This document shows, piece by piece, positions 54,134 to 64,000 of a DNA stretch of 64,000 nt; the stretch's first letter is position 1; each line of letters begins with the position of its first letter. This DNA comes from Lama glama (Eukaryota), in contig CM052824.1 in assembly GCA_028534125.1 (NCBI GenBank), positions 60,946,001 through 61,010,000 of the forward strand, in the 5' to 3' direction. Below the pieces are notes generated by a model. That model was not told where the DNA came from and did not search any database. It saw nothing but the letters and a program-made list of their open reading frames with translations. A program made the position numbers and the translations under genes.

Positions 54134-54552
54134 GTTATAGTTTGTCTTATGTTTAACTTAAGCCATTTCGACCCATTTTGAGTTAATTTTTGCCTCAGGT
54201 GTGAAGGTGAGGCCGAGTTCGCTTCTTGCCTAGGGGGCGAAGCGGATCCAGCACCGCCCTTGGAAGGATGCTCCTGCCTTCCTTGACTTGCCATCGCCCG
54301 CCTGTCAGAGGCAGCGGGCTGTGTCTGCATGGCTCTGCTTCTGGCCCCCGCCCCGCCGCCTTGATCCTGCAGTCCTAGAGCGCGTCTCAGAGGGGACTCA
54401 CCCCTCATCCGGCTTCTCACACACCATCTTCGCTCTCCTTTCCCTCCCATACACGTTTTAGAGTAAGCTTGTCCCTACTTACAAGAAAGCTGGCTGGGGT
54501 CTTTATAGAAACTGCGTTAAACTTGCAGACTGGCTCTGGGGGAACTGGCGCC

Positions 54553-54594
54553 GGCCGCCCTGGTGGGGTGGGGGGCCGCCCTGGTGGGGTGGGG
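54553..54594. repeat. Perfect 21-bp tandem duplication GGCCGCCCTGGTGGGGTGGGG x2
   Basis: Read directly from the sequence. Confidence 0.9.
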
Positions 54595-56194
54595 GCCCAC
54601 CGTGCTGTGAGCTGGCGTCCCCTCGTGGCACGCTGCTGGGCGCCTCTCCGCCTGCCTGTTTGCCGAACATGGGGTCTTTGCCCATGTTTTAGCTGGGTTG
54701 TTTTCTTACCAGGTTTTAAGAAATCTTCATATTTTCTAGAAGCAACTCCTTTGTCACACATACATTTAGTAAATGTATTTTGTTGGTCTACAGCTTGTAA
54801 TTTCACTTTCTTAAGTGTCTTATGAAGAGTGAAAGATTTTAATTGTACTGAAGTTCAGTTTGTCGAGTTCTGAAGTCTGTGTTCTGTGTGTTCCGTTTAA
54901 GATTCACCAAACCCAAGGCCGCTGAGATTTTCTCCAGTGCTTTCTTCTAAAAGTTTTATGGTTTTGAGCCTTACACTTAGGTCTGTAATCCATTTTGAGT
55001 TGCTCTTTGCATCTCATGTGAGAAAAGAGTTTAGCTTCATTCTTTCAGACGCGGCTGTCGAGTCTTCCTGGAGCTGTTTGGAAAGGTTGCCCTCCCCGGT
55101 GAGACCCCTCTGTTGAAAACCCACCGACTGAACGTGTGCGAGGTTTCAGTTCCCTTGACCTTGTGTCGACCTTCACATGGGCGCCACCTCATCTGGTTAC
55201 TGTAGCTTCCCCACAAGTCACGAAATCAGGTAGTGTTAGTCCTCCAACATTGTTTTTTCAGTCTTTTTTTTTTTTTTTTTAGCTATTCTAGGTCCTTTAA
55301 ATTTCTACGTTCATTTTAGAATCAGCTTGTCATTTCCTATCGAAAGGGCAGGATTTTGTTTGCTGGGTTTGGGTAGAATCTGCCGGTCACTTTGGGGAGC
55401 ACTGAGACCTTAGCAACAGTGTGTCCTCCCGTCTGCAAACGTGGACGTGTCTCCATTTACTTGTTTCCTCTAAGCTCTGCCAGCAGTGTTTGGCCATCTC
55501 AGTGTACAGGGCTTATACTTCTTATTGAGGTACAGTTGACACGCAATGTTAGTTACGTATTATTTACATGAAACGCTGGGATTCTGTTTTTCAAACGTTG
55601 TGGAATGATTAGCAGAGTAAGCCTGGTTGGCGTCTGTCCCTGCATGTAGTGAGAAGTTTGTTTTCCTGTGAGAAACTTCACCGTCCGCCCTGTCAGCACC
55701 TTTCAGATACACACGTCGGTTCTGTCCTCTGAGGCCGTCGCGGGGCCCGTCGCACGCCAGACTTGCCCACCTCGCGGCTGGGAGGAGGCACTGCATTGCA
55801 GCTGCACCCTTGCATGTGCTGGACTTCATGCTGCTGTCAATGGGGTTTTAAATGTCAGTTTCTTACTGTCGTTGCTAGTGTGGAAACACAACTGATTTTT
55901 GTATGTTCACTTAGTCTCCTGCAACCTTCCCGATAAACTCACTTGTGACAGTCGCTCTTGTCTCTCTGTGTGATTTTCTGCACAGGCAGCCCTGTCACCG
56001 TGAGTGGGTCCTCCCTGCTCCTACTCGTCTGTGTGCTGTTGCAGCTTCTTGCTGCACCGGCTGTGGCCTCAGGCACAGCGTCAGGTAGGACTGGTTGTAT
56101 CAGACAAGCCTTTGTAGGTTCCGGTGTTCATTTAACTTTTCATTTGTTCGGACGAAAACGTCAGTGTTTCCCGTGCTAGGAGGGTGTTGACCCA

Positions 56195-56335
56195 CTGGGG
56201 CAGCCCCGTCATCCCTGGCTGAACCCGCAATTGCCTCGTGGGCTTTGAAAACCGCTGGTGCTTTTGGTCTGGGTCAAGCTCAGGAATCAGTCTTTTCCAA
56301 AGCTCCTTAGGTGATTGTAAAGTGCGGCCGGGGGG
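56195..56335. mobile_element. MER5A-like MITE
   Basis: caggaatcagtcttttccaaagctccttaggtgattgtaaagtgcggcc resembles the MER5A terminus. Confidence 0.55.
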
Positions 56336-57172
56336 CGGGGTTCAGGGACGCCATCACTGTGACCTGGTCTTGAGGCCGCAGCTTGTCTGTGGTTCCCACA
56401 CGTTCCTTCAGGCCTCCCCCTGCCTCCCCCGTGGCCCTTCTAGTGCTGGGTCTGCGTCCTGCGTGTGCTGCAGGCTCTGCCGGGACGGCCCTGTTCCCTT
56501 CCCTGTCGAGGTGGTGAGGTCGCCCTGCTGGGTCTCCTCACAGGGAGACCCACTCTCTGCTCGCCTCCCGAGGGGGGAGCTGCACTGCCATCCCTCTCTT
56601 AGTCGGCCGTTTTCCTGGGAAGTGACCTTTTGGTCCGAGTTTTTCAGTGAGTGTAGTTCTTTAACCCTCAGTCTGAGCTAGTTCAGCGACTGTCGTTTTT
56701 CTCCAAACGCTGCTCCTCTTTTCACGTGCGACTTAAACCTTAGCTCGTTACTCTCATACCTCAGCGATGTCAGCACTGCTCAGTGGGCGGGGGCGGGGGG
56801 CCAGACTCAGGTCTCACGCTCACATTGTTCTGACCTTGCCGGGGACTGTCGTGTTGGGTTGGATGCCCTTCTTGGCCCCAAGCTGGTCGGGACGAGTTCA
56901 GACCATCCCAGGTGGTGGAAGGGTTGCTTTGCTTGTGCTTCTGTCTCTTCCTGCTTCACGTTGAGGCTGGGAGGTGGCGCGTGGTCTCACCAGTCACACT
57001 CACGCGCAGTTTCTGCCCGAGAGGCATCTGAGACCGCACGGCTGTGACTCCTCCCTCCCTGGTAAGCTGTGACCGTCTTCTCTTACGCTTGGACTTTCAG
57101 CTCTACTTGTCGCTAAAAACCACAGGTGGATTCCTGAGTCCTTAAGTGTCTTGGGGGGGGAGCAGACCATTT

Positions 57173-57290
57173 CCTCTTTTTTTTTCAAACACTTTTTTAT
57201 TGAGTCGTAGTCATTTTACAATGTTGTGTCAGATTCCAGGGTGGAGCACAATTTTTCAGTTACACGTGAACGTACATTTGTTCGTTGGCA
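57173..57290 (-). mobile_element. 5'-truncated L1 3' tail with a perfect 10-bp TSD
   Basis: CAGACCATTT at 57163-57172 and 57291-57300; T-rich tail then ttattgagtcgtagtcattttacaatgttgtgtc. Confidence 0.8.
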
Positions 57291-57457
57291 CAGACCATTT
57301 TCAAAGTCCTTTTAGCGAGTTGCCTTCAGCCGTCTTTCCTGACAGCAGGCGCATGCGTGTGTCCACTGTTTTGTGTGTACATATTTACCTTGTTCACTTT
57401 ATTACATTAAGGCACCCGGACTTCTCAGGCCGAAGTCCTCATTCTTCAGCCACAGAA

Positions 57458-57630
57458 ATGGAACAAGAAAAAGTCAACGAGAGTAAGGAGCTGAGTGCAG
57501 ACGCGGCCTCCTACTGCTGCTCCGCGTGCCATGGGGACGAGGACTGGGGGCCCGGCCACCCCATCCGGGGGCGGGCCAAGTCCCGCAGCCTGTCGGCCTC
57601 GCCCGCCCTGGCGAGCACCAGGGAGTTCAG
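57458..57630 (+). CDS. NADK: NAD kinase first coding exon (exon 2 spans 57412-57630): MEQEKVNESKELSADAASYCCSACHGDEDWGPGHPIRGRAKSRSLSASPALASTREF(R)
   Basis: Acceptor cattaag|GCAC, ATG in gaaATGG context, donor CAG|gtacga; contains the RGRAKSRSLSASP Akt-site motif of NADK. Confidence 0.95.
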
Positions 57631-59191
57631 GTACGAGGCCTCTGGTGCCTGTGTTGGCGCTCACACTTGTGGGGGAGGGGTGCGCTCACTGCGACACCCC
57701 GCCAGAGAGCACCTCCCCTCAAAGGACACCCCCCCGGAGGTTACCTTCCCCCCAGAGGGCACCCCTGCAGAAGACACTCCTCCCATCTCACTTGGGACGG
57801 GTGAGCTGTGTGGGTGGTGCCCGCAGGTGCCGCCGTCTGGTCCACCTGGTGAAGGACTGGCATTGGGCCGAGTATGGCCGCCTGGTGTTGGCATCACTAA
57901 GGCTCCAGCAGGAGCAGCGCTCACTCACCCTGTGGGAGCCGGGTGCCCGCCTCTGGGGCCTTGAACATCTGAGTTGTTGGAACCACGCCGCCTCGCGTGT
58001 GGGCCCGAGGGTCTGTCTGTAGGGGCCACGGGGGGCTTGGTGCGTGGAGGCCGCGCCCCTTGCTCCCCGGGTGGGTGTAGGTGAGGCGTGCTGGTGCGGG
58101 GTCCCGGCAGTCGGCCCAGGGTGGCCTCTGCAGGATTTGGCGCTTATGCCCCTTTCAGGGCATGTTGAACCCGGCGTGGTGGCAGCAGGTCAGAGGTGGC
58201 CTTGCGTCTGTGAGGGTGGGATGGGTGGGCCCAGCTGAAGCTGGTCTCGAGGGTTGTATGTAAATGCCGACTTGGAGTAATTTGCTCTGAATGGCATTTC
58301 CAAAGATCTTTCAGTTCCCAAAGGCCCCAGTTCCTGCAGATTCTCAAGAGCCCACAAGAGGGGCCTTGACCTGACCCCGTGACTCTCCCGGGGCTGACTG
58401 CCCTTCACAGGACAGCAGAAAACCTGTTTTGTCTGCATTGGGATTTGAAGATTTTGTTGAACCGTGAGATAGGCAGGTAGAGACAAAAGCAAGTTTGCTG
58501 GCTCCGTTTGGCCCTCTTTGTGGTGGTGTTTTTGGTGCAGAAAAAAGCCATTGGAACTGACATTTTGTGTGGGGGTGACAAACCACCACCCTGCCACTGG
58601 GGGACGGATAGTGTCCACATCGTTCCCGTGGCCCCTGCCAGGGCGGTGCTAGGTCCTCAAGGAGAGGATGGGGCCGCCGAGTGGGGCCCCCTGACACGTG
58701 CTGGCCACAGCACCCTTTGTGGTGTGATTTGATTATGGCTGAGTCACTCTTAATTATTGGAAATGTTGGGCCATACGTGCAACTAAGAGTGAGCATTTCT
58801 GTTAGAATTTTAATTTAGATACTTAGGGATGATTGCTAAGGTCTTAATTCTCAAGTATTGACCCAGGGACTTGCCCACAGACTGACTTGCCAAGACAAGA
58901 ATTCCGATTCCCAGGCCGTTCCCGGGGGTCTGCTCCCTGTTTCTGGGCCAGGCCCTGGGCACCTGCTCTGGCTTAGGGTCCTTGTTCTAAGGAGTGTTTC
59001 TGGATGTGCCCGGGCTGCGCTCCTTCTGCCGCTGCGTGGACGGCATGTGGCACTCCTGGGCCGCTCTGCGGGTCAGGATGGAGTCACCAGGACCTGCACT
59101 TGGATGGTGGGCAGATGGCGGCGTTACTGGTGCCAGTCCAACAGTCTGTGCCCCCGTCTGACAGCTCGCACTGCGTGCCCTCTCCCCACAG

Positions 59192-59275
59192 GAGGACCCG
59201 CTCTCTGCACGGGCCATGCCCAGTGACCACTTTTGGACCAAAGGCCTGCGTGCTGCAGAACCCCCAGACCATCAT
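59192..59275 (+). CDS. NADK: NADK exon 3: RTRSLHGPCPVTTFGPKACVLQNPQTI(M)
   Basis: ctccccacag|GAG ... CAT|gtaagt; 84 nt. Confidence 0.96.
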
Positions 59276-60002
59276 GTAAGTCTTCTGGGGCTTGTCCTGG
59301 GATCGCTGTGCTGTGGGAGGTTCTGACACTTGGAATGGGAAGTCGTGTGTCACTTGGCTTCTGAGTCCACCAGAGGTCACGGGGCAACTTCACTGACTCC
59401 CGCTGAGCTCAGGGCCTCCAGCACCTTTGAGAAAGTGAATGGGGGTCTGCTCCGTGGGCACGGCAGGGCTTTGGGTAAGATATTTGGAGTTACTTCCGCT
59501 TTTCACAGTAAAAATTCTAGGGGAAGATGACGTATTTCATAGTAACACATTTGAAGGCTCAAGTGTTTCTCTTAATTATTAAAAAGCAGAGGTGTTAATT
59601 AGGGTTTTTGAACATCTGAGTTGTCTGTGAGGTAACCCGCCTCGCAGGTGCAGTGCTTGTAAGCTCTGCGTTTCCGAGACATGGGGCCCTGGCCACCTGG
59701 GGCCAGGTGAGGCACTACATGAAAACTAAGAAGGTGGGGTTATTTCACTGGACGCTTTAACACTCACCCTTCTCCCTCAGTGTGGCTTCTGCCACCTGGT
59801 GTTTGTTGGTCCCAGAGAGCTGCAGACTCTCTGCACTGCTCCGCTGGTTCTGCCTTGTGGGAGAGGACGCTAACCTGGCTGAGCCGGCGCCATGGGACCC
59901 AGCTGAGGCGGTCTTGCCTCAAGCCCCAGGCCTGGGTGGATCCTGGAGGTGGCCCCTCCTTCACATTCTGAACGGGTCAGGGCCCAGGGCTCGGGTGTAC
60001 TT

Positions 60003-60140
60003 TTTAACTTTTTTAATTTCAGGGAGGAGGTAATTAGATTTTATTCATTTATTTATTTTTAATGGAGGCACCGGGCGCTAAACCCAGGACCTCATGCATG
60101 CTAGGCACACACTCTACCACTGAGCTCTACTCCCTCCCCC
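60003..60140 (-). mobile_element. tRNA-derived camelid-type SINE with a 15-bp target-site duplication
   Basis: Flanks ggctcgggtgtactt (59988-60002) and ggctcaggtgtgctt (60141-60155), 13/15 identical. Confidence 0.9.
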
Positions 60141-62199
60141 GGCTCAGGTGTGCTTCTGGGACTAACCTTTCGGGGTCCTTGCTCTCTTGGCCGTCTGCCA
60201 GTCGGCGGGCAGCGCAGGGGACGGCAGTGCTGCCCGCACCCCCCAGGCCCCCTGGTGCTGTGGTGTGTGAATCCCAGCGACCCCAAGTGCGGCCCAGGCA
60301 CCTGAGTAACTGGTCCTAGTGCCTCTGCCCGTTCTGGGTGCTGGCCATGGTGTAGTTACTGCTGCCTATGCGAGTGGGTCCCCTCTGTCCGCAGACCCCT
60401 GCCTGTCCACGGCGGCCCCCTGGCGCCCGTGCTCTGCGCTCTGCACAGCGACCACACTGGTAACCGGGTCCACGCCCAGCCTCACCCCTCCCTGCAGCTG
60501 CTGCTCTCGGCGCTGCTGCCCCTTCCTTGCCGCTCCTGTCAGCTTAAGCGCCGCCCTGGGTGGCCCCTCACCGTCCAGCCTCGATCAGCGTCATCTGCTC
60601 CCAGCTCGGCCCACAGTCACTGGGGCGGACGGGGGTGTTGGGGCCCCATGAGCCTTGGCTGGGGTCTCGGCCACATCTGAATTGGGTTGGGTGGGGTGCT
60701 CCCAGCAGAGGGGCAGTTCCCTCAGAGGTGCCTCTGGGGCTGAGGGGTGAGCAGCTGTCTCTGCCGGCACTGTCTGTAGGGCTGTCGTCCCTGAGAGGCT
60801 GGGACTCTGTGTCCCTGCCTCGTCCTCGCCACTTCCCAACACTGGCTGACGGGACAGGGTTCCCGTGTGCTCAACCCGCCTTCTCCCCCGAAGTTCGAAA
60901 GTAAACGTTGCAGAGGAGTTGATCACAAGAGACTGACTTCCTACTTTATTGTTTACAATTTACCGTGAACACGTATTTTCTCTTATGTTGAAACGTGTGG
61001 AATTGCCAGTATCTGACGCCTTTGGCCGATGCGGTGGCGACTCAGATGAGTCCCCTGCTGAGCAGTCAGGCGCCCCTGCCCTTCTGTCTGCCACCCAGAG
61101 CCTCTGTGCCAAGGAGGGGTCCGCATCCGTGCTTGCAGTAACCCAACAGGAAATCAAGTGACCAGTTGGTGCCCAAGACCAAGCCGATGGCACCTGGGTG
61201 GCTCTGGCTGGGTGCAGAAGAGTCTCAGGGCCGGAGGGGCCACGAGCCAGGCAGAGGGGCAAAGTCTGAGGGCCCGCCCGTCCTGTGAGCTCCTCCCCCA
61301 GGGCCAAGCCGGTTCCGCGGCCCAGTGCCCGCCTGAGGCTGCCTGGGGCGTGTCCTGACCTCCCGGCAGCTCTGGGCAGAGCTTGTGGCCAGCCTCCAGG
61401 GAGCGGGGTGGCCGAGTCCAAGCTCTTTGCTGCTCCAGGGGACCCTGAGGACTCTGATTTGAGTGGCGGTCAGACTGGAGGACAGTGTAAACGATAAGAA
61501 GGTTGACTCCAGCGTGGTTTGTGGGACTTGATTTGAGGAGGCACTGTCGGCCCCGTCCTTTTGTGGAACCTGGAACAAGTCACTTTACTCCAGGTTTTGT
61601 TTTCAGTTTTGAGGATTAGAAGCGAGTTTGTGGTGCCGGCGCGGGTGGGTCTGGGGGCTGCTTTGCGCTGCTCTCCCCGCCTTGGCTGAGCGGACCTGCA
61701 ATGCTGAGTGGGCAGCCCCAGCCCCCTGAGCACGAGTGTGACCTGAAGGGGCCTGAGCGCCGCCCCCCTCGCAGAATCGCCTGGAAGGGGTGAGTGCTGG
61801 GCTGGACGCCCGCCGCTCCTTCATGGTTTGAGTGGTGGTTTTGGAAGTTGCTTGCGGGCCGGTGGGCGTTCAGGGAGGCGCTGGCCCTAGGCCGATTGGG
61901 GAACTTGAGTCCAGAAGGGAGTCTCCGCCGGCCGCACTGCCCTTTGCAGGACTGTTTCCCAACAGGCCGAGGTGCGTGCTGACCGCGGAGCCGGCCCCTC
62001 CATCCGCTTCCCCACACATGTGCCAGCTCATCCGCGGCCGGCGGGGCGTCTCCCAGGATGCTCACAGCTGTCAGAGTCATCCTGGGGGGCCTGGCCTTGG
62101 GGGAGGGGACACCCCTGCCCATCAGGGACGACCTGCTGCCCACAGACCACGTCAGCCACAGAGTGCCACGGGATGTGGGCTTTTGTTTTCAGGGAGGCC

Positions 62200-62460
62200 C
62201 TTTTTTTTTTAATAAAAATTATTGAGCAGTTTTGTGTTGGGAGGGGAAGGTGCAGAAATTTCCTGTATACTGCCCCCCTCCCAGGCTCCCCCATGTTGGA
62301 TGCCCCAGAGGGTGCGTTTGTGACAGAGGAACCTGCAGGGACACAGTGTGGCCGCCCAGAGACCCTATTTCACACCAGGGTCGCTCGGCGCTGTGCTTCC
62401 TGTGCTTGGGACAGGCACGAGGTGTCGCTCCCGCCGTGGTGGCCACGCGGGGTCTCGCTG
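62200..62460 (-). mobile_element. Old L1 (L1MC/MD-like) 3' end fragment
   Basis: T tract then ttgagcagttttg..ggaaggtgcagaaatttcctgtatac..tttgtgacagaggaacct. Confidence 0.55.
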
Positions 62461-62591
62461 CCCCGGGCCCTGCTGCTGACTTGTGAATGGGAGCTTGCTT
62501 GCCACGGAAGTTCGGGGGCGGCTGAGTCGCTCACACCACGGCGCAGCGCTCGCACGGGGCTGAGACGGTGCACGCTCCTCTCCCCTCCAAG

Positions 62592-62721
62592 GCACATCCA
62601 GGACCCTGCCAGCCAGCGGCTGACGTGGAACAAGCCCCCGAAGAGCGTCCTGGTCATCAAGAAGATCCGGGATGCCAGCCTGCTCCAGCCGTTCAAGGAG
62701 CTCTGTGTGCACCTGATGGAG
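62592..62721 (+). CDS. NADK: NADK exon 4: HIQDPASQRLTWNKPPKSVLVIKKIRDASLLQPFKELCVHLME
   Basis: cccctccaag|GCA ... GAG|gtgggt; 130 nt. Confidence 0.96.
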
Positions 62722-63010
62722 GTGGGTGGCGGGGCCCACCTGGGGGGTCGCGGGACGCAGCCGGCTCCTAGCCCAGCTCCGAGGCTCTGACTCCAGCGCT
62801 GTAGAGGCAGGAGACTCCCTCCAGGAGCGCAGCGTCTGTAGCCGAGCGCCACAGAGCCTCTGGGACCCTAGAAACACGGCGTGAGCAGGCAGACGGCAGT
62901 TTGCCGGCTACAACAGAGGGCTCGCTCCCCTCTTGTCGTAAAATGCCAAGAGGCGGCTTCGCAGGGGACCAGCACCCTCTGACCTGGTGTCACTGGCCTG
63001 TCCCTCCCAG

Positions 63011-63119
63011 GAGAACAACATGGTCGTGTACGTGGAGAAGAAGGTGCTGGAGGACCCAGCCATCGTGAACGATGACCGCTTCGGGCCAGTGAAGAGGAGG
63101 TTCTGCACCTTCAGGGAAG
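63011..63119 (+). CDS. NADK: NADK exon 5: ENNMVVYVEKKVLEDPAIVNDDRFGPVKRRFCTFRE(D)
   Basis: ctcccag|GAG ... AAG|gcaagt (GC donor); 109 nt. Confidence 0.94.
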
Positions 63120-63234
63120 GCAAGTCGTCCCCCGGGAGCTCCCAGCCTGGCGGGAGCCTCCCACCCAGCGTGGGTGGCTTTGCAAGTTGGGGCTGCTTGA
63201 TGGCTTTTCTGGTGTCTGCTGTTCTGTTTTCTAG

Positions 63235-63320
63235 ATTATGATGACATTTCTAATCAGATCGACTTCATCATCTGCCTGGGAGGAGATGGGACCCTGCTTT
63301 ACGCCTCCTCGCTCTTCCAG
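63235..63320 (+). CDS. NADK: NADK exon 6: (D)YDDISNQIDFIICLGGDGTLLYASSLFQ; gene continues beyond the window
   Basis: ttttctag|ATT ... CAG|gtgggt; contains the GGDG(T) NAD-kinase catalytic motif. Confidence 0.97.
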
Positions 63321-64000
63321 GTGGGTCTCCAGGTGGTGGTCCTGGCGCCGCGTGAGGAGCAGGGAGGAGGTCCCTGCTCTGAATTTCTTCACTTGGCAGT
63401 AGAGCAAGTTTACAAGTGATAGCAAGGGCTGCGCCTCCTATCTGAGCACCTGGGAGCTGTGACAGGCCAGGCACATCCGCCTCGTCCGGAGAACGGTGGC
63501 CAGGCCTGGGCTGGGCTGGGCTGGGAAGACGGCAGTGGTGGGGAGACTGTCCTGGGGGTGTTCCGGGGGTGGGCATGGGTTTAGCTACAGGCTGACTGTC
63601 CAGGGTGTGGTGGGGGGAGCCCTGTGGAGGCCACGGACAGTGAGGGTCAGCACAGGAAGCGGTGGGATCATTCGGAACCCACCCCCACTCTCAGCAAGGC
63701 AGGAGCCCTGGGGAGACCTAGCCGAGGTGTGCAAGTCGCTCAGGCACAGTGGCCCCAGAGAGCGGCCTAGAAGTGGACGTGCCGTCTAGGGGTCCGGGGC
63801 ACGGGGCTCAGGCCCGGCGGGCAGTGTGGACTGGGGCCTCGGCACCAGGTGTGGTGTGAACCCGGCAAGGCGGGAATGCTGCAGAGTTAGCCCTTGGGAA
63901 AGAACAGGAGTGAGAGGGCCTCGGGGGCGTCCCACCTCCTCGCAGCCACCGCCCTCCGCTGCCTGCAGGTCCTCACCTGCCTGCTGTCCTCACTCCTCCC

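Larger units (their letters stand above)
52870..56170 (-). mobile_element. Cluster of antisense old L1 segments in NADK intron 1, with a nested SINE and a nested L1 3' end near 55520-55760
   Basis: catttt ctcccagtctgtagcttg, tcttctaaaagttttatggttt, ccattttgagtt, ttttagaatcagcttgtc, actgatttttgtatgtt are typical antisense L1 ORF2 motifs. Confidence 0.75.

Noticed and set aside
61972-62591. In-frame upstream extension of NADK exon 4 (ORF 61972..62790)
   Set aside because: Crosses an L1 fragment and a T tract, has a non-ATG start, and a good acceptor at 62592 explains the coding part

Overview
This is mammalian genomic DNA, not prokaryotic. Six copies of a tRNA-derived Vic-1-like SINE point to a camelid (inference). 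It carries two + strand genes in tandem. (1) GNB1, G-protein beta-1: non-coding exon 2 at 10787-10835, nine coding exons between 22410 and 44349 that splice via GT-AG introns into an intact 340-aa WD40 protein, an intron in the 3'UTR, and a terminal exon ending near 46200. Exon 1 and the promoter lie upstream of the window. (2) NADK, cytosolic NAD kinase: a CpG-island promoter and exon 1 near 50.1-51.7 kb, then coding exons 2-6 between 57458 and 63320; the gene continues past the window end. Introns contain L1, L2, MIR, DNA-transposon and SINE relics; all repeat family names come from recalled consensus sequences, not a search. Most ORFs in the six-frame track are spurious GC-rich ORFs. I found no CRISPR array, rRNA, genuine tRNA or novel multi-gene system. 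The best leads are regulatory: a 10-codon uORF filling GNB1 exon 2, a four-half-site DR1 array in GNB1 intron 7, a TGA-C stop followed by a 68-codon open extension ending KRRVCAVN, a stop-free 303-nt NADK exon 2-3 unit flanked by inverted SINEs, an in-frame open NADK leader, a 17-nt motif repeated about 330 nt downstream of two consecutive NADK donors, and a GC-AG intron.
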